A stretch of 63,464 nucleotides of DNA from an uncultured Myxococcales bacterium (GTDB taxonomy: Bacteria; Myxococcota; UBA4151), in the NCBI GenBank assembly GCA_964013405.1, contig CAXGWI010000008.1, positions 1 through 63,464 of the forward strand, given 5' to 3'. The notes under the pieces are model-generated. The model did not search any database and was not told the origin of the DNA. It saw only the letters and a list, made by a program, of their open reading frames with translations. Each line of letters starts with the position of its first letter. Positions within the stretch are counted from its first letter, which is position 1. The position numbers were made by a program, and so were the translations under genes. Shown here piece after piece: positions 37,575-47,608 of this stretch.

Positions 37575-38389
37575 AACGCGTTCATGTGCTCGAATTTGAA
37601 GACCTTGACTGGTTCCCAGGCTGGCTCCGCACCTGTATAACCAACAACATCGTCATCATGGCTCGTTTCCTCGGGGTTCGCCACGCGCTGAGCCCACTGA
37701 TTACCACCGCGTTGCAGCGGAGCGAGGCTCGGCAAGTTGTCGATCTGGGCTCCGGGGCCGGCGGCGTGATGCCCGAAGTGATCCAGACGGTACGCACTGC
37801 GTCGGGCATGGAGGACGTGACACTCCTCCTTTCGGACAAATTCCCCGACCGGCCGATGATCGAACGCTTGGCGAGCGAGCCGCAAGAGGGGCTGCGATAC
37901 CTCCCTGATTCGGTGGATGCCACCCGGCTTGAAGCAGCGCCGGAAGGCCTCAAAACCATGGTGAATTGCTTTCATCACATGCGGCCCAACGAGGCCCGAG
38001 CCATCTTGGCCTCAGCCATCGAGCAGCGGCAGCCGATCTTAATCTATGAGATGGGCGGTCACCAAACCGTACCCTTCATCCTCTGGTTACTGACCCTTCC
38101 TCTCGGACTCACCCTGGTCTTTCTCATGGCCTTCGTGAAGTCCGCCTTCGTCCGGCCGGTCACCCCCCAACAATTGATCTTCACCTACCTCATTCCGCTG
38201 ATCCCACTCTTTTACGCCTGGGACGGTCAGGCTTCGATGCCCCGGATCTACAGCGCTGACGACCTCGACGAGTTACTCTCAGGCCTCGAAGACTCGAACT
38301 ATGTCTGGGAGAAGGGTTACGGCCAGTCTCGAAGCGGCGGCAAGCTGGGCACCTATCTCATGGGCTCGCCAAAACAGGAATGCCCGTGA
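37571..38389 (+). CDS. Class I SAM-methyltransferase-like protein
   Basis: EFEDLDWFP, VVDLGSGAGG, FHHM, WDG..S..R.Y; TTG start overlapping the upstream TGA. Confidence 0.7.
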   Translation: MKRVHVLEFEDLDWFPGWLRTCITNNIVIMARFLGVRHALSPLITTALQRSEARQVVDLGSGAGGVMPEVIQTVRTASGMEDVTLLLSDKFPDRPMIERLASEPQEGLRYLPDSVDATRLEAAPEGLKTMVNCFHHMRPNEARAILASAIEQRQPILIYEMGGHQTVPFILWLLTLPLGLTLVFLMAFVKSAFVRPVTPQQLIFTYLIPLIPLFYAWDGQASMPRIYSADDLDELLSGLEDSNYVWEKGYGQSRSGGKLGTYLMGSPKQECP

Positions 38390-41300
38390 ACCGCTGCCCC
38401 TTCCTCTTCCTTTTGCTGCCGTTCGCATCCTGTGCGGACTGGGTCGCTCCGGCGTTCTCAGTCGCGCTTCCCTGCGAAGCGAGCAGCGACTGCGAGGCCG
38501 GGCTGATCTGCCACCGGGGATATTGCCTGACCCGCTGCGGTGACGGGGTCCTGCAGGAGGGCGAGGGCTGCGACGATGGCAACGCCAACCCCAACGATGG
38601 CTGCACCAATAGCTGCCAGCCCGCGCGCTGCGGTGACGGCGTGGTTCAGTTGGGGGTGGAGGCCTGCGACGACGGCAATGAGGAGGCAAAAGACGCGTGC
38701 AGCACGAGCTGCCGGCTGAGCTTTTGTGGCGACGGCATTATCCGCACCGACTTGCCCGTGGAGCATCCCGAGTTCGAGCGCTGCGACGACGGCGATACCC
38801 GCGACGACAACATCTGCACCTCCTTGTGCCGTCCGGCCGTCTGCGGCGACGGCGCTGTCTTTGCGGGCGAAGAGAACTGCGATGATGGCAATGAACAGAA
38901 CCAAGACGCTTGTCGCAACGACTGCGAGCCCGCGGTCTGCGGCGATGGCGTGCTGCGGCTCGACCTCGGGCCTGAGCACGAGGGCTTTGAAGCCTGCGAT
39001 GACGGTAATGAAGACCGATTGGACTCCTGCACCAACGACTGCTCGCTCGCTCGCTGCGGCGACGGCCTGCTGCGGACGGACCTCGCCCGGGGTGAGGAGG
39101 GCTTCGAGGCCTGCGACGACGGTAATGAGGTCGACGGCGATGACTGCACCAACAGTTGTCGCGTCGCCGGTTGCGGCGACGGGGTGGTCCTCGCTGGGGT
39201 TACCGAGGACGATCCCAACTACGAGGCCTGCGATGACGGCAACGACGACAACGAAGACGCCTGCACCAACAATTGCCGCCTCGCCTTCTGTGGTGACGGT
39301 TTCACGCGCCAGGATTTAGCGGTTGGCGAGGCCGGTTATGAGCAATGCGATGATCGCAACGAAGATGACCTCGACGGGTGCAACAACGCCTGCGAGGGGA
39401 CCAGTTGTGGCGACGGGGTCGTGAATCGACTTGAGCATTGTGATGATGGCAACCGCGTCGATGGCGATGGCTGCTCGGCGCAGTGCGGCTTGGGCATCGT
39501 GTCGCTTCACACCGCCACCGCCCGCAGTTGTGTCCTGCTCGAGCGCGGCTGGGTCTATTGTTGGGGCACCAATTATCAGGGGGGCGCGGAGCGGGTCGAG
39601 GGGCTTGAACAAGTCTCACAACTTCGGACGAGCAGCTACCTCACTGCGGCTCTTGAAGGGGAGCGCGTCTACCAATGGGGACGCTTGATGCCCAACCAAG
39701 ACCCGGTGCGCAGCCCCGCTGAGATCGAAGGGGCCCGCGGCGCCACCTGGCTGGCAATCCACAACCGGGAGAGCTGTGTGGCCCTGTCCTCGGGACGAGT
39801 GAAGTGCTGGGGGCCCCGTTGGGGAGTCAGTCCGATCGAGATCATTGGCCTTTCGCAGATGGTGCAGTTGGATGTGGGCGGCGATTACGGCTGTGGGCTG
39901 GATGAGTCCCGCCGCGTCTGGTGCTGGGGCAGCAACGAATTGGGCCAACTGGGACAGGGGGATCGAGCGCCGAGGGACGAGCCCGTGGAGGTGCTCGGCC
40001 TCGGCGAGGTGCGCTCGGTCTTTACGGCCTATGGCCTGAGCTGCGCGTTGAATGAGGCCGATGAGTTGTGGTGCTGGGGGGATCCCAAGAGCATGCCGGT
40101 AGCACCCAACCAGGCGGCCGATTCCCCCCGCCATGCCCAGGCCCTCGGGCCCGTGGACCGCTTGCAAAAAGTGACGAGTTCGAGCTTTCGCGTCCTCGAT
40201 GCCCAGGGGCGCAGCGCAGTTTGGGCCCGTGATGCCCGCCGTGACCAAGACGTGGAGATCAACCCACAGCAGGTGGGCTCTCGGCTCTCGTCTGTGGGCT
40301 CCAGCTTTCATTGCTGGCTCGATGAAGAGGAGCAGATGCGCTGCCTGTGGAACACGGCGAGCAACCGCAGTTACGGCGGACAGTTAGGCAACGGCGTCGA
40401 TCCTCTCATCACCCGCCCGCGCCAGCTCTTGCATACGCCCTTAGCGAGGCATTTTAGCGGCACCTCCGCGCACATGTGCCTGGTGGACCGAGACGGGAGC
40501 GCCTGGTGTCGCGGCGACAATCGTTACGGACAACTTGGCGACGTCAACCAGGCTGGAACGAGCTTCCGAAACCCCTGGTCGCCAAGCCATGATTTTGATG
40601 ACCTCGTGACGATCTCCACCTCGGGCAATCACGTCTGTAGTCTCAGTGCAGGGGGCCAGGCCCATTGCTGGGGCCGCGGCCTGGAGGGACAGTTGGGTGG
40701 TGGACTCGCCGAGAACAGCCCAAGCCCCATCCTCATCTCGGGAACGCCGGTCCACAAGATTGAGGCGAAGCTCAATTTCAGCTGCGCAATCCACGGTGAG
40801 GACCGACGAATGAGCTGCTGGGGTGACAACCAGGGCCAGCGACTGGGCGGCGGCATGGATGTGCCCCAATACGACGTGCCCATCCGAGTCGGCAGCTTAG
40901 CAGGGCTGAAGGACTTTGCCCTGGGCGATGGCGCGAGCTGCGCCATCGACGCTCAGGATCAGCTTCAGTGCTGGGGCCGCAGCGATCATCTCTTTTGGGA
41001 GCTTGACGAAGCCGTCCCCGGCGAGCCGCTGCTGCTGAGCTTGCCGAGGGCTTTGCCTCAGGCCGGTAGCCTCGCCAAACTGCGACTGGTCGGCAACCGA
41101 GCCTGCGCAGCAGGCCTCGATGAGCGCCTCAGTTGCTGGGGCAACTGGGGGCAGGGCCGTCCCAGTGGTACGGGCAACGTCGACTACAACCCCGCGCCGA
41201 CCCCCGACGGTGCCCAAGACCTTGGGATTGGCAGCAAGCATGGCTGCGTCCTCAGCGGCGACGGCAGGGTGAACTGTTGGGGGCGAAACACCGCCGGCCA

Positions 41301-41514
41301 GATCGGCAACGGACGGATCCACAATAGCACCTATCCCATGACGCTCCTTGAGCTTGAAGGAATCGAACAGCTTGAGGTCAATGGATACAACAGCTGTGCC
41401 CGTGACGAGCAGGGCCGGATGTTCTGCTGGGGCCCCAACGGACGCCCGCTGAAGTACTTAGAGGTCTTTGAAGACGGCTACGACTGGGAGTTGGTCCGCG
41501 GGCTGCCGCGCTGA
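38380..41514 (+). CDS. Lipoprotein with nine Myxococcus Cys-rich repeats and an RCC1 repeat array
   Basis: Lipobox FASC; nine CGDG...CDDG(N)...C...C units; many CWG.N..GQLG repeats. Confidence 0.82.
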   Translation: MPVNRCPFLFLLLPFASCADWVAPAFSVALPCEASSDCEAGLICHRGYCLTRCGDGVLQEGEGCDDGNANPNDGCTNSCQPARCGDGVVQLGVEACDDGNEEAKDACSTSCRLSFCGDGIIRTDLPVEHPEFERCDDGDTRDDNICTSLCRPAVCGDGAVFAGEENCDDGNEQNQDACRNDCEPAVCGDGVLRLDLGPEHEGFEACDDGNEDRLDSCTNDCSLARCGDGLLRTDLARGEEGFEACDDGNEVDGDDCTNSCRVAGCGDGVVLAGVTEDDPNYEACDDGNDDNEDACTNNCRLAFCGDGFTRQDLAVGEAGYEQCDDRNEDDLDGCNNACEGTSCGDGVVNRLEHCDDGNRVDGDGCSAQCGLGIVSLHTATARSCVLLERGWVYCWGTNYQGGAERVEGLEQVSQLRTSSYLTAALEGERVYQWGRLMPNQDPVRSPAEIEGARGATWLAIHNRESCVALSSGRVKCWGPRWGVSPIEIIGLSQMVQLDVGGDYGCGLDESRRVWCWGSNELGQLGQGDRAPRDEPVEVLGLGEVRSVFTAYGLSCALNEADELWCWGDPKSMPVAPNQAADSPRHAQALGPVDRLQKVTSSSFRVLDAQGRSAVWARDARRDQDVEINPQQVGSRLSSVGSSFHCWLDEEEQMRCLWNTASNRSYGGQLGNGVDPLITRPRQLLHTPLARHFSGTSAHMCLVDRDGSAWCRGDNRYGQLGDVNQAGTSFRNPWSPSHDFDDLVTISTSGNHVCSLSAGGQAHCWGRGLEGQLGGGLAENSPSPILISGTPVHKIEAKLNFSCAIHGEDRRMSCWGDNQGQRLGGGMDVPQYDVPIRVGSLAGLKDFALGDGASCAIDAQDQLQCWGRSDHLFWELDEAVPGEPLLLSLPRALPQAGSLAKLRLVGNRACAAGLDERLSCWGNWGQGRPSGTGNVDYNPAPTPDGAQDLGIGSKHGCVLSGDGRVNCWGRNTAGQIGNGRIHNSTYPMTLLELEGIEQLEVNGYNSCARDEQGRMFCWGPNGRPLKYLEVFEDGYDWELVRGLPR
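38536..39486 (+). repeat. Intragenic tandem array of nine Cys-rich repeats (short and long variants)
   Basis: Recurring DNA tgcgg(c/t)ga(c/t)gg ... tgcga(c/t)ga(c/t)gg(c/t)aa; counted in the translation. Confidence 0.85.
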
Positions 41515-41701
41515 GCCCCGTGCAAAGGCACCCTTTTTCTGTGCGCGCTTTATGAGCAGCAACCGACTTCGACTCTTTTCAGCCCCAGCATCCCAGGGCA
41601 ACTTGCCCCAGGAATCGATCCGGCGTGAACAACACCGCACAGCAAGCAGTTGAGGAACGGGCCCTGGAGGATCGGCGGATCATGGGCCTGGGAACGGCTT
41701 C

Positions 41702-42436
41702 ATGAAGCGCTATTACGAAGCCCACGAAGACGCCTATCGCCGGCTGTCCGAGCAAGGGGCAGACTGCTGGGGCGGAGATGACTTCGATCATGTCTACATG
41801 CTTTCGTTTCTCATTCAGGCCCTGGAGCACCCTAGGGTGATCGACCGCTCCCTGAAACAAGCCTTGGTCATCGGCTGTGGGACGGGCCCTCTCGCCTGTG
41901 CCCTCGATCAACGGGGCTTTGAGGTCAGTGGCGTCGACATCGCACCCACGGCGATTGAGATGGCGAGACAAGAGGCGGCCCGGCGAGGGCGACACATTCA
42001 CTACTGGGTGGGGGACCTGTGCCAAGATGAGCTCGGCTGCGAAGATTACGACCTGATCGTCGACAGTCACTGCCTCCATTGCATCGTCCCCGAAGCCGAC
42101 CGCCAAGGGGCGCTTCGCGCCATCCATCGGGCCCTTCGTCCCGAGGGTATTTTCGTCCTCGAAACCATGGTTGGGCCCCTGCCCAAGGGGCCCGTCTCCT
42201 GTGACGACGAGGGGATCGTCTGGAGCCGTTACGGTGAAATTGAGCCAGCCTTTGAGCCCCGGGTGCAGCGAGCAGATGGCGACTGGTACGTCCCCCAACG
42301 GCGCCTTCGGCCCAACAAAGCAGCGCTCGACCAAGAACTGAGCGCGGCTGGATTCCAGATCCATTGGAGTGAGGACCTGCCATCAAGGGACACAAACGGT
42401 GCCCGAGATTATCAGGGGATTTGCGGGCGGCGATGA
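41702..42436 (+). CDS. Class I SAM-dependent methyltransferase
   Basis: ALVIGCGTG, GVDIAPTAI, DSHCLHCI, ALRPEG. Confidence 0.85.
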   Translation: MKRYYEAHEDAYRRLSEQGADCWGGDDFDHVYMLSFLIQALEHPRVIDRSLKQALVIGCGTGPLACALDQRGFEVSGVDIAPTAIEMARQEAARRGRHIHYWVGDLCQDELGCEDYDLIVDSHCLHCIVPEADRQGALRAIHRALRPEGIFVLETMVGPLPKGPVSCDDEGIVWSRYGEIEPAFEPRVQRADGDWYVPQRRLRPNKAALDQELSAAGFQIHWSEDLPSRDTNGARDYQGICGRR

Positions 42437-43290
42437 GCTGGTCTCTGTGCCCCAGCCTTGACGCATTCCTCCAGCGCTGCGGTTCGGCATTGTTGGCGAA
42501 CGAGTCCGAACACAACCTCACGTGGGGTGCGATTGCCCGGGCTCGCTGTGAGCATGCCGATGAGGTCATTACCCGCTTCTTCGTCCTCGAGGACCCGCGC
42601 CAGAACATGCCCTACGCTGTCGTTGATCTGGAGCGAGGCAGCCTGGTGATGGACACCATGTCCGTGGCGCAAGCCCAGTCCCTCGCCGAGTTTCTTCACC
42701 AGCAGGGCATTTCACTTCGGAGCCTCAAAGGCACACCTGAAGCGGGCATCGCCTTTGCGGAGGCGTGGTCCAAGAGCAGCGGTCATCCCTACAGAGTGCA
42801 ACTTCGCCAGGCCCTCATGAAGTTGACGGACGTGATCATGCCCGACCCAGCCGGTGGTGCGATGATCCCGGCGACCGAAGACCACCGGTCCCTCCTTGAA
42901 GCATTCCTCACCGGCTTTGCGCGAGACTGCTTCCCCCAGGAATCCTTCAGTCAGGAACAGATCTGCGCCCAGGCCGACCGACTCATCGGCAATGATCAAG
43001 GGTATCTGTGGCGGAATGCCGCTGGCGATTGGGTCGGGATGGCTGGGGTGGTTCGAACCACTCCGCACACATCGTGCCTCTCTTTGGTGTACACGGCGCC
43101 CAAGCACCGATCCCGCGGCTATGCCGCTCGACTGGTCGGCACGCTCTCGCAAGCTCAACTGCAGGAGGGAAAGAAGGCATGCAGCCTTCATACGGACCTG
43201 GCAAACCCCACATCAAACGCCGTCTATGAGCGAGTGGGTTACGAGCGCATCGGTACCTTCGTAGCCCTCCGACTGACGACTGAGACCTAA
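42433..43290 (+). CDS. GNAT N-acetyltransferase
   Basis: VYTAPKHRSRGYA, LHTDLANPTSNAVYERVGY; ATGA overlap start. Confidence 0.85.
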   Translation: MSWSLCPSLDAFLQRCGSALLANESEHNLTWGAIARARCEHADEVITRFFVLEDPRQNMPYAVVDLERGSLVMDTMSVAQAQSLAEFLHQQGISLRSLKGTPEAGIAFAEAWSKSSGHPYRVQLRQALMKLTDVIMPDPAGGAMIPATEDHRSLLEAFLTGFARDCFPQESFSQEQICAQADRLIGNDQGYLWRNAAGDWVGMAGVVRTTPHTSCLSLVYTAPKHRSRGYAARLVGTLSQAQLQEGKKACSLHTDLANPTSNAVYERVGYERIGTFVALRLTTET

Positions 43291-43323
43291 ACCCCTCACC
43301 CCCATCAGAGATTCGATCCACCC

Positions 43324-44037
43324 ATGACTGAGAACCGACCTAAAGAACCCACGATCTTCGCCATCGGCGGCGGCGGCTTTTCCCCCCTCCTCGATGGCTA
43401 CAGTCTGAATTTAACGGGCAAAGCGGACCCAAAGGTTTGCTTTCTACCCACCGCCAGTGGTGATGCCGAGGGCTACATTGAGAACTTCTATGCTGCCTTT
43501 CGCCCCTTGGGCGCCCAGTGCAGCCACCTCAGCCTGACCCGCTACAATCAGCCGGACCCCATCGCCCATCTGCTGGACCAAGATCTGATCTATGTGGGGG
43601 GCGGCAATGCCTTCCAAATGCTGTTGGTGTGGCGGGCTCATGGCATCGACAAGGCCCTGCGGCAGGCCTGGAATCAGGGCACTGTGCTCACGGGGCTCAG
43701 TGCCGGGTCGATCTGCTGGTTCAGTGGCGCGACCACCGACTCGTGGGGTTTGCCCTTAAGCGTGCTTAACGATGGGCTCGGTTTCCTTCCTGGAAGCCAC
43801 AGCCCCCACTACGACAGCGAAGCCGAGCGCCGAGTCACCTACGAACACAACATCGCCGCCGGCGCCTTGCCCGACGGCCTCGCCATCGATGACCATTGCG
43901 GCGTCCTCTTTCGGGGAACCCAACGCATCGAATCCGTGTGCTCGGTGGCAGGAAAGGGATCCTACTTGGTCACTCGAGAAGGTGAACGAGCCAAAGAAAC
44001 ACCGCTGCCCACCCGCTGCTTAGGGCCCGAGTCCTAG
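43324..44037 (+). CDS. Peptidase E / S51 family (class I glutamine amidotransferase-like)
   Basis: FLPTASGD, IYVGGGN, GLSAG nucleophile elbow, PHYDSE. Confidence 0.88.
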   Translation: MTENRPKEPTIFAIGGGGFSPLLDGYSLNLTGKADPKVCFLPTASGDAEGYIENFYAAFRPLGAQCSHLSLTRYNQPDPIAHLLDQDLIYVGGGNAFQMLLVWRAHGIDKALRQAWNQGTVLTGLSAGSICWFSGATTDSWGLPLSVLNDGLGFLPGSHSPHYDSEAERRVTYEHNIAAGALPDGLAIDDHCGVLFRGTQRIESVCSVAGKGSYLVTREGERAKETPLPTRCLGPES

Positions 44038-44130
44038 GCGCCCCCAAGGCCGACCTCGATCCGTTCATCCATACGGAGGGGCCTAAGCTCTCCTTGCCAG
44101 GGGCCCCGACGGGCCCTTAGGAACGCCACC

Positions 44131-44703
44131 ATGGAAAGACAACTAAGCCCCACTGAAGCCCCGTGGGTCGAGGCAGTCCTCGCCGACTTTGACGCGTTTC
44201 TCCTCGATCACGCCGCCTGTGAGCGGAAGGCCTCAGCCATGGCCATGACCTTTGTGGTGCGTTATCCCGACCGAGAGGCGATTTTGGAGCCCATGATCCG
44301 TCTCGCCAAGGAGGAGTTGGGGCATTTCCATCAGGTCTTTCGGCTCTGTCAGGAGCGAGGGCTTCGCTTCACTCGAGACCAGAAGGATCCCTACGTGAAC
44401 GCGCTGCTCGGCAAGGTACGCCAAGGGCGAGACATCGAGTTCTTGGATCGGCTGGTGATGGCTGGCGTGGTGGAGGCCCGAGGCCACGAACGCTTCGGCT
44501 GCTTGGCCGAGGCCTTACCGCCAGGCGAGATGAAGGAATTCTACGAGCAAATCACCCTGTCCGAAGCTCGCCACTCCGAACTGTTCTTCGACTTAGCGAA
44601 GACCTATTTTGCCGATGACGAGGTCGAGGCGAGAGTGCGTTTCTTTCTCGACGAAGAGGCCCAAGCGATCGCCGCCATCCCCCCCCGGCCCGCACTGCAT
44701 TGA
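44131..44703 (+). CDS. miaE: tRNA-(ms2io6A37) hydroxylase MiaE
   Basis: LLDHAACERKAS, LAKEELGHF, EARGHERF, SEARH di-iron motifs. Confidence 0.9.
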   Translation: MERQLSPTEAPWVEAVLADFDAFLLDHAACERKASAMAMTFVVRYPDREAILEPMIRLAKEELGHFHQVFRLCQERGLRFTRDQKDPYVNALLGKVRQGRDIEFLDRLVMAGVVEARGHERFGCLAEALPPGEMKEFYEQITLSEARHSELFFDLAKTYFADDEVEARVRFFLDEEAQAIAAIPPRPALH

Positions 44704-45923
44704 GCCCCAGCAAGGCCATCCGAAAGTACCTTGAGCGCCATGGCGAGGATGCCCTCGCCGGCCGCCCCAAACTCGCCCGCCGGTATCGGCATGTCGCCTG
44801 CATTCCTGCCTGTGACGAGTTGGAGACATTGCCCCAAACCCTCGCGAGCTTGAGCCAAGCCAGAGAAGCGGAGGATGCCCTCGTTATCGTCGTCGTGAAT
44901 GGTCGAGTGGATGGCGATATCCGAGTCCACGACGCCAACGAAAAGCTGGCCCAGCAACTCCAAGACATCGGGAGCCTGGCCAAGGAACCCATCGCCGAGG
45001 GCTCCTTCCAAAACCTGGGCCTGGTGCTCGTCGATCGATACAGCGACGGCTTGAGGCTGCCTGCGGACCAGGGGGTAGGCCTGGCGAGGAAGCTGGCTGC
45101 CGATCTGGCTTTGGCTTGGATCGCAGATGGCTCGATCGACGGGCCCTGGATCCGCTCCACAGACGCCGATGTGTCTGTGCCACCTTCTTACTGGGAAGCA
45201 CCCCGCAAGGCGGCCGGCGACCGTTCGGCGGTGATCTATCCCTTCGCCCATGTCCCCGAAGGCGACGCCCTACAGCGACAGGCCCTCGCCAACTACGAGG
45301 CTTACCTTCGCTACTACGTCCACGGGCTGAAACAGGCGGGGTCCCCTTACGCCTTTCACACCATCGGCAGTCTCATCTGCTTTCACCATGAGGCCTACGC
45401 CCAAGTTCGCGGCATGCCCAAGCGGCAGGCGGGCGAGGACTTTTATCTGCTCAACAAGCTGGCGAAGGTCGGCCGGGTGGAGACGCTCACCGGCGAGCCC
45501 ATCCGACTCTCCGGGCGCACCTCCGATCGGGTCCCCTTTGGCACGGGCCTGGCCGTGGCGCAGATCCGCGACCAGTTGGCGAAGGGCCTGCCTTACGAAG
45601 TCTATGACCCGCGAATCTTCACCGCCCTGAAACATTGGCTCGATGCCCTCACGGTGGCTGCGGAGACGGGCAGCACCGATCGGTTTCACCAGGCCTTAGC
45701 CCAGGTCTCATCACCGCTCGGGCCGCCCCTACGACAGGCTGTCGAACGTCTCAATTACCGGCAACCTGTGGAAGCGGCCCTCGCGGCGGTCCAAGGAGAC
45801 GTCCTCGGCAAGCGCCTCCACGATTGGCACGACGCATTCCGGACCTTAAAAATGGTCCATGCGCTTCGGGATGAGGGCTTGGGCACGGTGGCCTCAAGTG
45901 AGCTCCTTGGAGCGCTCCACTGA
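44700..45923 (+). CDS. GT-A fold (GT2-like) glycosyltransferase-family protein
   Basis: CIPACDE, GVGLARK, STDAD (DxD), AFHTIGS, RQAGEDFY.LNKL, R.SDRVPFGTG; TTGA overlap with miaE. Confidence 0.65.
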   Translation: MSPSKAIRKYLERHGEDALAGRPKLARRYRHVACIPACDELETLPQTLASLSQAREAEDALVIVVVNGRVDGDIRVHDANEKLAQQLQDIGSLAKEPIAEGSFQNLGLVLVDRYSDGLRLPADQGVGLARKLAADLALAWIADGSIDGPWIRSTDADVSVPPSYWEAPRKAAGDRSAVIYPFAHVPEGDALQRQALANYEAYLRYYVHGLKQAGSPYAFHTIGSLICFHHEAYAQVRGMPKRQAGEDFYLLNKLAKVGRVETLTGEPIRLSGRTSDRVPFGTGLAVAQIRDQLAKGLPYEVYDPRIFTALKHWLDALTVAAETGSTDRFHQALAQVSSPLGPPLRQAVERLNYRQPVEAALAAVQGDVLGKRLHDWHDAFRTLKMVHALRDEGLGTVASSELLGALH

Positions 45924-46007
45924 CAAAGACGGAGCCATCCCGTCGGCAACAGATCGCCCTTTTAAACCACTTGGCGTGACTCGCTCGAAGCCCTAACCAG
46001 GCAAGCG

Positions 46008-46412
46008 ATGCGTGCTGAAACCGATCTGGACACCTTGCTCCGCAACCTGCAGCCCGAGCTGCGAGCGGACACCTTCGTCTTTTGCAGCCTGCCCAACGAG
46101 CACTATGGTGCGCTGACGCGAGCACGCCCCATCGCCTGTATGGCCGAAGATGAAGGGCTCAGCCTCGTCCTCGCCAAGGCGACCGCAGACGAAGAAGGTC
46201 TGACCTACGAGGGCACCTTTCGCTGCATCAGCCTAAGGGTCCACTCGAGTTTGGTGGCTGTGGGATTGACGGCTGCGGTGAGCCAAGTGCTCGCAGAGCA
46301 CGGAATCAGCGCCAACGTCATCGCTGGCGCCTACCACGATCATCTCTTCGTCCCATGCGACCACAGCCAAGAAGCACTCCGGCTCCTCAACAACATAGGC
46401 GCCCAAGCCTGA
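46008..46412 (+). CDS. ACT-domain protein (DUF2241/ACT_7 type)
   Basis: ETDLDTLL..LQP, EDEGLSL, VHSSL.AVGLTAA, ISANVIAG.YHDHLFVP. Confidence 0.85.
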   Translation: MRAETDLDTLLRNLQPELRADTFVFCSLPNEHYGALTRARPIACMAEDEGLSLVLAKATADEEGLTYEGTFRCISLRVHSSLVAVGLTAAVSQVLAEHGISANVIAGAYHDHLFVPCDHSQEALRLLNNIGAQA

Positions 46413-46553
46413 TCTCAAGGCCTCGGGTCGAGCCCCACAACCAGCGTCAAATGGCCCTCGGCTGCCAAGCCGTTGCCAGGGCACAAAAGGCTGTGCCAAG
46501 GACTGCCTGCCCCCCGGCGCTCTGGCCGGCTAGGGCGAAGAAAAGAGGTAAAA

Positions 46554-46763
46554 ATGGGTCGAGATGTCGAGAGAGATTGCAGTGTCGAAGAGTTCGTCAG
46601 CACCTTGCGGAGAATCGCCGATTCTCTGGAGCAGGATGAGAGCTTCCGAATCCAAGTCCGTGGTCTGAGGTTCACCGTCCCGAAGACGGCCGAACTGTCC
46701 ATCGAGCACGAGGTCGACGACGGTGAAGAGGAGTTGGAACTCCAGCTCAAGTGGTCTTCCTAA
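46554..46763 (+). CDS. Amphi-Trp domain protein
   Basis: RDVE...LRRIADSLE..E.FRIQV.G.R..VP....SIEHE....EELELQLKW; GAGG RBS. Confidence 0.8.
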   Translation: MGRDVERDCSVEEFVSTLRRIADSLEQDESFRIQVRGLRFTVPKTAELSIEHEVDDGEEELELQLKWSS

Positions 46764-46897
46764 GATCGCTGTGGGGCCAAGCCCCTCACGGGCTATCTCC
46801 TATTGCTGCCATCCCACGCCTCGCCGTGGCGGGCCTGCTCGTTGCGGCCTCATGGAGCGCCCATGCACAGACCGCCGGGCCGGGGTTTGAGCCGGCC

Positions 46898-47608
46898 ATG
46901 AGCGAGACACAAGCCGACTTGCTGGAGCGACGATCGGTCCAAATCGTCGGCGGCGCGGCTTTAGTGGTTCTTGGTGGCCTGCTGGTCCACGCGCTGATCC
47001 CCGAACCGCACATCGACGACCACCATCATCCCATCGTTGGCGATGTCTTGGTAAACAAGGCGGCCGGGGAACGGGTCGTCTTTCGTGCGGTTCCCAAGCC
47101 CAATGAAGAGGGGCCCACCCGCATCGATGTTCACCTGGCTCCTGGCGGTGCGGTCCCCGTTGCCCATGTGCACCCGGAGACCGAGGAGGTCTTCAAGGTC
47201 ATCCAGGGAACCGTCTACCTTGTGGTCGATGGTGAGCGCCGTCTCGCCAAGGCCGGCGACTCAGTGACGGTGCTCGCAGGCCAGTCCCATGGCCTGTGGA
47301 ATGGGGCCGACCAGCCGGCCCATGTGCAGGTGGATATGAAACCCACGAGAGGCTTGGATCTGGCCCTGACCCAGGTGCACGGCTTTCTCAATGAGACGGG
47401 ACAGCAAGGGGGCTTGGGCGAATTCCTGCAAATGGCTCGCTTTGCCGAACGCTATGAAGTCTATCGGGCCGGTCCGCCCATCTGGTTCCAGCAGTTTGGT
47501 ATCGCCCTTGTCGCACCCTGGGCCCGCCTCGTGGGGTTTCGCTCCTTTTACGAGCGCTACGCGAAAGATGCCCGCCAGCGAAACAGCGTCCACGAAGAGA
47601 CACCATGA
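46898..47608 (+). CDS. Cupin-domain protein with N-terminal TM helix
   Basis: HVHPETEEVF.V..G and GDSV.V.AGQSH...N cupin motifs. Start uncertain. Confidence 0.75.
   Translation: MSETQADLLERRSVQIVGGAALVVLGGLLVHALIPEPHIDDHHHPIVGDVLVNKAAGERVVFRAVPKPNEEGPTRIDVHLAPGGAVPVAHVHPETEEVFKVIQGTVYLVVDGERRLAKAGDSVTVLAGQSHGLWNGADQPAHVQVDMKPTRGLDLALTQVHGFLNETGQQGGLGEFLQMARFAERYEVYRAGPPIWFQQFGIALVAPWARLVGFRSFYERYAKDARQRNSVHEETP

Noticed and set aside
38536..39486. Periodic DNA repeats that could suggest a CRISPR array or a diversity-generating retroelement
   Set aside because: They are in-frame degenerate protein repeats; no identical direct repeats with spacers, no cas genes and no reverse transcriptase.
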